Source of the DNA: an uncultured Gemmatimonadales bacterium
GTDB taxonomy: Bacteria; Gemmatimonadota; Gemmatimonadetes; Gemmatimonadales; GWC2-71-9
Direction: 5' to 3'
NCBI GenBank assembly: GCA_963739455.1
Contig: CAVUAK010000002.1
Coordinates: 432,641 to 496,640, forward strand
Length of the DNA: 64,000 bases
Shown here: one piece after another, positions 61,131-64,000 of the stretch
Layout: the number at the start of each line of letters is the position of its first letter
How positions within the stretch are numbered: position 1 is the stretch's first letter
Position numbers and translations under genes: made by a program
Notes under the pieces: model-generated
Database searches by the model: none
Seen by the model: only the letters and a program-made list of their open reading frames with translations
What the model was told of the DNA's origin: nothing

Positions 61131-62000
61131 TCAGCTCCCCGTCATGGCTGGTCGCAACGCCTCGAGATCGGCCACCCAGTCGAGCGGCACCTGTTGTGAC
61201 CCCAGCGCCCCATGGTTCCACCCATCCTCCGCCTCACCGTGCCAGTCACTCCCGCCGCTGCGCCCGAGTCCAAGCGCGAGCACCAGCTCGGTGAGCCGTG
61301 CACGCGTGTCGGGGTCGTGACTCGGATGCCGCGTCTCCACGGCATCGAGGCCATCGGCCCGCAGGCGCACCAGGGTGGCGCGATTGCCACGGTCCTTCAG
61401 GTGCGCCGCCGATACCACGCCGCCGAGCCGATGGACGAGCGACGCCACACTGGCGAAGGTGGGCAACGCCTTGTCGACGAAAGCCGGGCGACCACGGCCG
61501 AGGTACTTGTCGAATGCCTCATCGAGGGTGCGAACGACGCCGGCCTTCCGGAGCGCCCGGGCAACGTGCGGCCGACCCAGTGCGCCGCCGGCCGACTCCG
61601 CCAGGACCGATTCCTCGTCGATCGCGACACCCAGCTGCTGGAGCAGCCGCACCATCTCCATTCCGCGCCGGTTCCGGTCTGCCCTGCAGCGCGTGAGGAA
61701 TTCCTCGAGCTCGGGAGCGCCCTCCGGGAGGAAGTACCCGAGTACGTGCATCTCTCCCCACGGCGCCAGCACCGAGAACTCACAGCCGGACACGACGCGG
61801 ATGCCGAGCTTCGCCCCGGCGGCGAGTGCCGCTGGCACCCCGGCTACGGTGTCGTGATCGGTGAGCGCGACCGCCGCGATACCGGCAGCCGCCGCGCGCG
61901 CGATGACCTGCTCCGGCGGCAGGGAGCCGTCGGAAGCGGTCGAGTGCATATGCAGGTCTGCGAGGGGCCCGATGCCACCGCCTTCTTCCGCGGGGGTCAG
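61131..62000 (-). CDS. PHP-domain phosphoesterase (TrpH/YciV-like); start uncertain
   Basis: DLHMHSTASDG, LTDHDT, HVLGY, GRPHVA, AH, GGSDWHG. Confidence 0.88.
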   Translation of the reverse strand: MTPAEEGGGIGPLADLHMHSTASDGSLPPEQVIARAAAAGIAAVALTDHDTVAGVPAALAAGAKLGIRVVSGCEFSVLAPWGEMHVLGYFLPEGAPELEEFLTRCRADRNRRGMEMVRLLQQLGVAIDEESVLAESAGGALGRPHVARALRKAGVVRTLDEAFDKYLGRGRPAFVDKALPTFASVASLVHRLGGVVSAAHLKDRGNRATLVRLRADGLDAVETRHPSHDPDTRARLTELVLALGLGRSGGSDWHGEAEDGWNHGALGSQQVPLDWVADLEALRPAMTGS

Positions 62001-62263
62001 CGGTGGTACCCGGATTCCGGCGCCGTCCAGGCCGGTTGCGAATGGGTGAGCAGCCGCGCGAGATCGGCATCACCGAGGGTGGCGAGCGAGGTCTCACGCG
62101 CCTTGCTGCCGAGCGGCGTGTAGCGCGCGAAGCGCTCCTCCCGGGGGCCGCCCGCGATGCGCACGAAGCGGAGGCCGAACTCGTCCTTGGTGGACTGGGT
62201 GCGGGCGCCGTTCACGGCGACCTCCCAGCGCTCGCCCCGCACATCGATGATCCGTCGTGGCAC
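61997..62263 (-). CDS. Small hypothetical protein
   Basis: 88-aa ORF in operon position with plausible composition. Confidence 0.6.
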   Translation of the reverse strand: MPRRIIDVRGERWEVAVNGARTQSTKDEFGLRFVRIAGGPREERFARYTPLGSKARETSLATLGDADLARLLTHSQPAWTAPESGYHR

Positions 62264-62280
62264 GTGGAGCGTTCCGATCA

Positions 62281-62592
62281 GTCAGGGTGGGCGGGGAAGC
62301 GGTGGTCTCAAGCCACAACGCGTCCGCCGACGGGTCGCGGCGGCGCGAGTGCACGAAGGCGCCCCTCCAGCATCGCCTCGCGCCCTTCAGCACGTGCCAC
62401 GACGCGATGATCCTGCACTGCGCCGGACTCACTGAACTCCAGGAAGAGGTCCGGGTCGTCGCCGCTCCGGAACACCCAGAGGTGGCGCCCGCGCGCTCGC
62501 CCGAGACCGTCAAGCTCGGCCAGCACCGCGAAGTACTCCGGTTGCTGCGACACGGCGACGCGCACACGCGCCACCGTGAGCGCGCGCCCCAC
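62281..62592 (-). CDS. Small hypothetical protein (3' end probably frameshifted)
   Basis: Starts just after the E2 stop; HLWVFRS..DPDLFLEFSE resembles a dimeric alpha/beta-barrel (ABM-like) pattern. Confidence 0.5.
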
Positions 62593-62594
62593 TG

Positions 62595-63956
62595 CTATAC
62601 CGCGCCTTCCGCGAACGACTCGATGGACTTCTTCACGTCGGCCATGAATCGATCGGCATCGGAGCCGTCGACGACCCGGTGGTCGAACGAGAGCGAGAGC
62701 ATGCCCTTCGTGCGGATGCCGAGCGTATCCACGCCGTCCACCGTCATGACGGTCGGCTGCTTGGTGATGGAGCCGACCGCGAGGATCGCCACCTGCGGCT
62801 GGTTGATGATCGGGATGCCGATTGTGGAGCCGAAACGCCGGGGTTGGTGATGGTGAAGGTCCCCTTCTGTACCTCGTCGGGGCTCAGCTTCTTCGAGCGC
62901 GCGCGGTCGGCGAGGTCACTGATGGAGCGGGCCAGGCCGAGCATCGAGAGTTCGTCCGCATGCTTGATGACCGGCACGATGAGGCCCCAGTCGAGCGCCA
63001 CCGCGATACCGAGGTTGATGTCGCGACGGAAGATCGTGGTCTCGTGCCCGACACGGCGGCGTTGACGACCGGGTGCTTGCGAAGGCTGTCTGCCACCGCC
63101 TTCGCGATGAACGCGAGGAAGGTGAGGTTGACGCCGCGCTCGGCATATTCCGCCTTCTTCTTTGCCCGCAGGGTTGCGACGCGACTGTAGTCGATCTCGA
63201 AGAACGTCGCGACATGCGCCGAGGTGCGCCGGGACATGATCATGTGCTCGGCGGTCAACTTCCGGATGCGCGACCACGGCTCCGTCCGATCGCCTTCCCA
63301 CGGGTCGGCGGCCTGGTAGCCTGGCTGGGCCGAGGGCGCAGCGACGGCAGCAGGGGCAAGCACTGGCGCAGGCGCCGGGGCTGCGGCTGGTGCGGGCGCA
63401 CCGGCCGCCGGGGGGCCTCGATGTACGAGAGTACGTCGTTCTTGGTGACCCGTCCCGCCATGCCGCTGCCGGCGATCGCGGAGATATCCAGGCCGTGCTC
63501 GGCGGCAATCTTGCGCACCAGCGGAGTAGACCGCCGGCGAAGGCGCTCCTCCAACGTCTCCGAACCATTCGACGTTCGCGGGGCCGGAGTGGGTGCGGCG
63601 GGTGCCGCAGCGCGAACCGGTGCGGCAGCGGGAGCGGCTACCGGTGCCACGACCGGGGTGGGCGCCGGGGGAGCCGCAGCCGGGGCCGGAGCGGGGGCCG
63701 CCGCAACCGCACCAGCCTCCGTCTCGATCCGCGCCACGATCGCCTGCACGGCGACGGTCTGGCCCTCCTGCACCAGGATCTCGGCAAGCGTGCCGGCCAC
63801 AGGTGCGGGGATCTCTGCATCCACCTTGTCGGTGGAGATCTCGAAGATCGGCTCGTCGCGCTTGATCGGTTCGCCGACCTTCTTCATCCAGCGCGAGATG
63901 GTGCCCTCGGCGATGGATTCACCCATCTGGGGCATGATGACGTCGATGCGGGCCAT
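62595..63956 (-). CDS. 2-oxoacid dehydrogenase E2 (dihydrolipoamide acyltransferase; frameshifted)
   Basis: Lipoyl domain ([24 protein letters not shown]), E3-binding domain ([18 protein letters not shown]), catalytic GTFTITNPG and FDHRVVDG. Confidence 0.95.
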
Positions 63957-63971
63957 GTGCTCAGCTCCTTA

Positions 63972-64000
63972 CTAGTACGCCGATATCCAGCACGATGACG
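63972..64000 (-). CDS. 3' tip of the upstream gene, probably 2-oxoacid dehydrogenase E1 beta
   Basis: One frame ends ...ISAY* followed by the AAGGAG RBS of E2; identity inferred from context only. Confidence 0.35.

Noticed and set aside
63590..63720. Repetitive GC-rich tracts in E2, pal, tolA and the secA C-terminus
   Set aside because: Ordinary Ala/Pro-rich protein linkers, not DNA repeat elements.

Overview
High-GC (roughly 68-70% by eye) core-chromosome segment, most likely from a Gemmatimonadota (Gemmatimonadales-like) bacterium; this is inferred from protein style and gene order, not from a search. Almost all genes are on the minus strand. Contents in order: a TPR/acidic-linker protein; hutH; a sigma54-preceded lipoprotein; one 1165-aa ORF fusing TatC to an LptD-like protein through an apparent internal signal peptide; the tol-pal operon; a TsaP-like LysM protein; ssb, rimI, tsaB, tsaE, uvrB, an EVE-domain gene, rel, radC, secA, nadD, bamD; a nucleotide-sugar cluster interleaved with murB and carB; rpmB; a detached alpha ribosomal operon; pyrF, pyrD, an amidase, smpB, tRNA-Leu(CAG), Rrf2, aspA; a GT4/deacetylase/flippase triad; trxB; SDRs; a PHP hydrolase; and a 2-oxoacid dehydrogenase E2. 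Many conserved or essential genes are split by small frameshifts, which points to unpolished long-read errors rather than pseudogenes. No CRISPR array, rRNA, transposase, integrase or prophage was seen. Best leads: the TatC-LptD polyprotein, the predicted cationic glycolipid operon, two sigma54 promoters (one with an IHF site, one next to an inverted octamer array), and probable leaderless genes. All calls come from motif reading without database searches.
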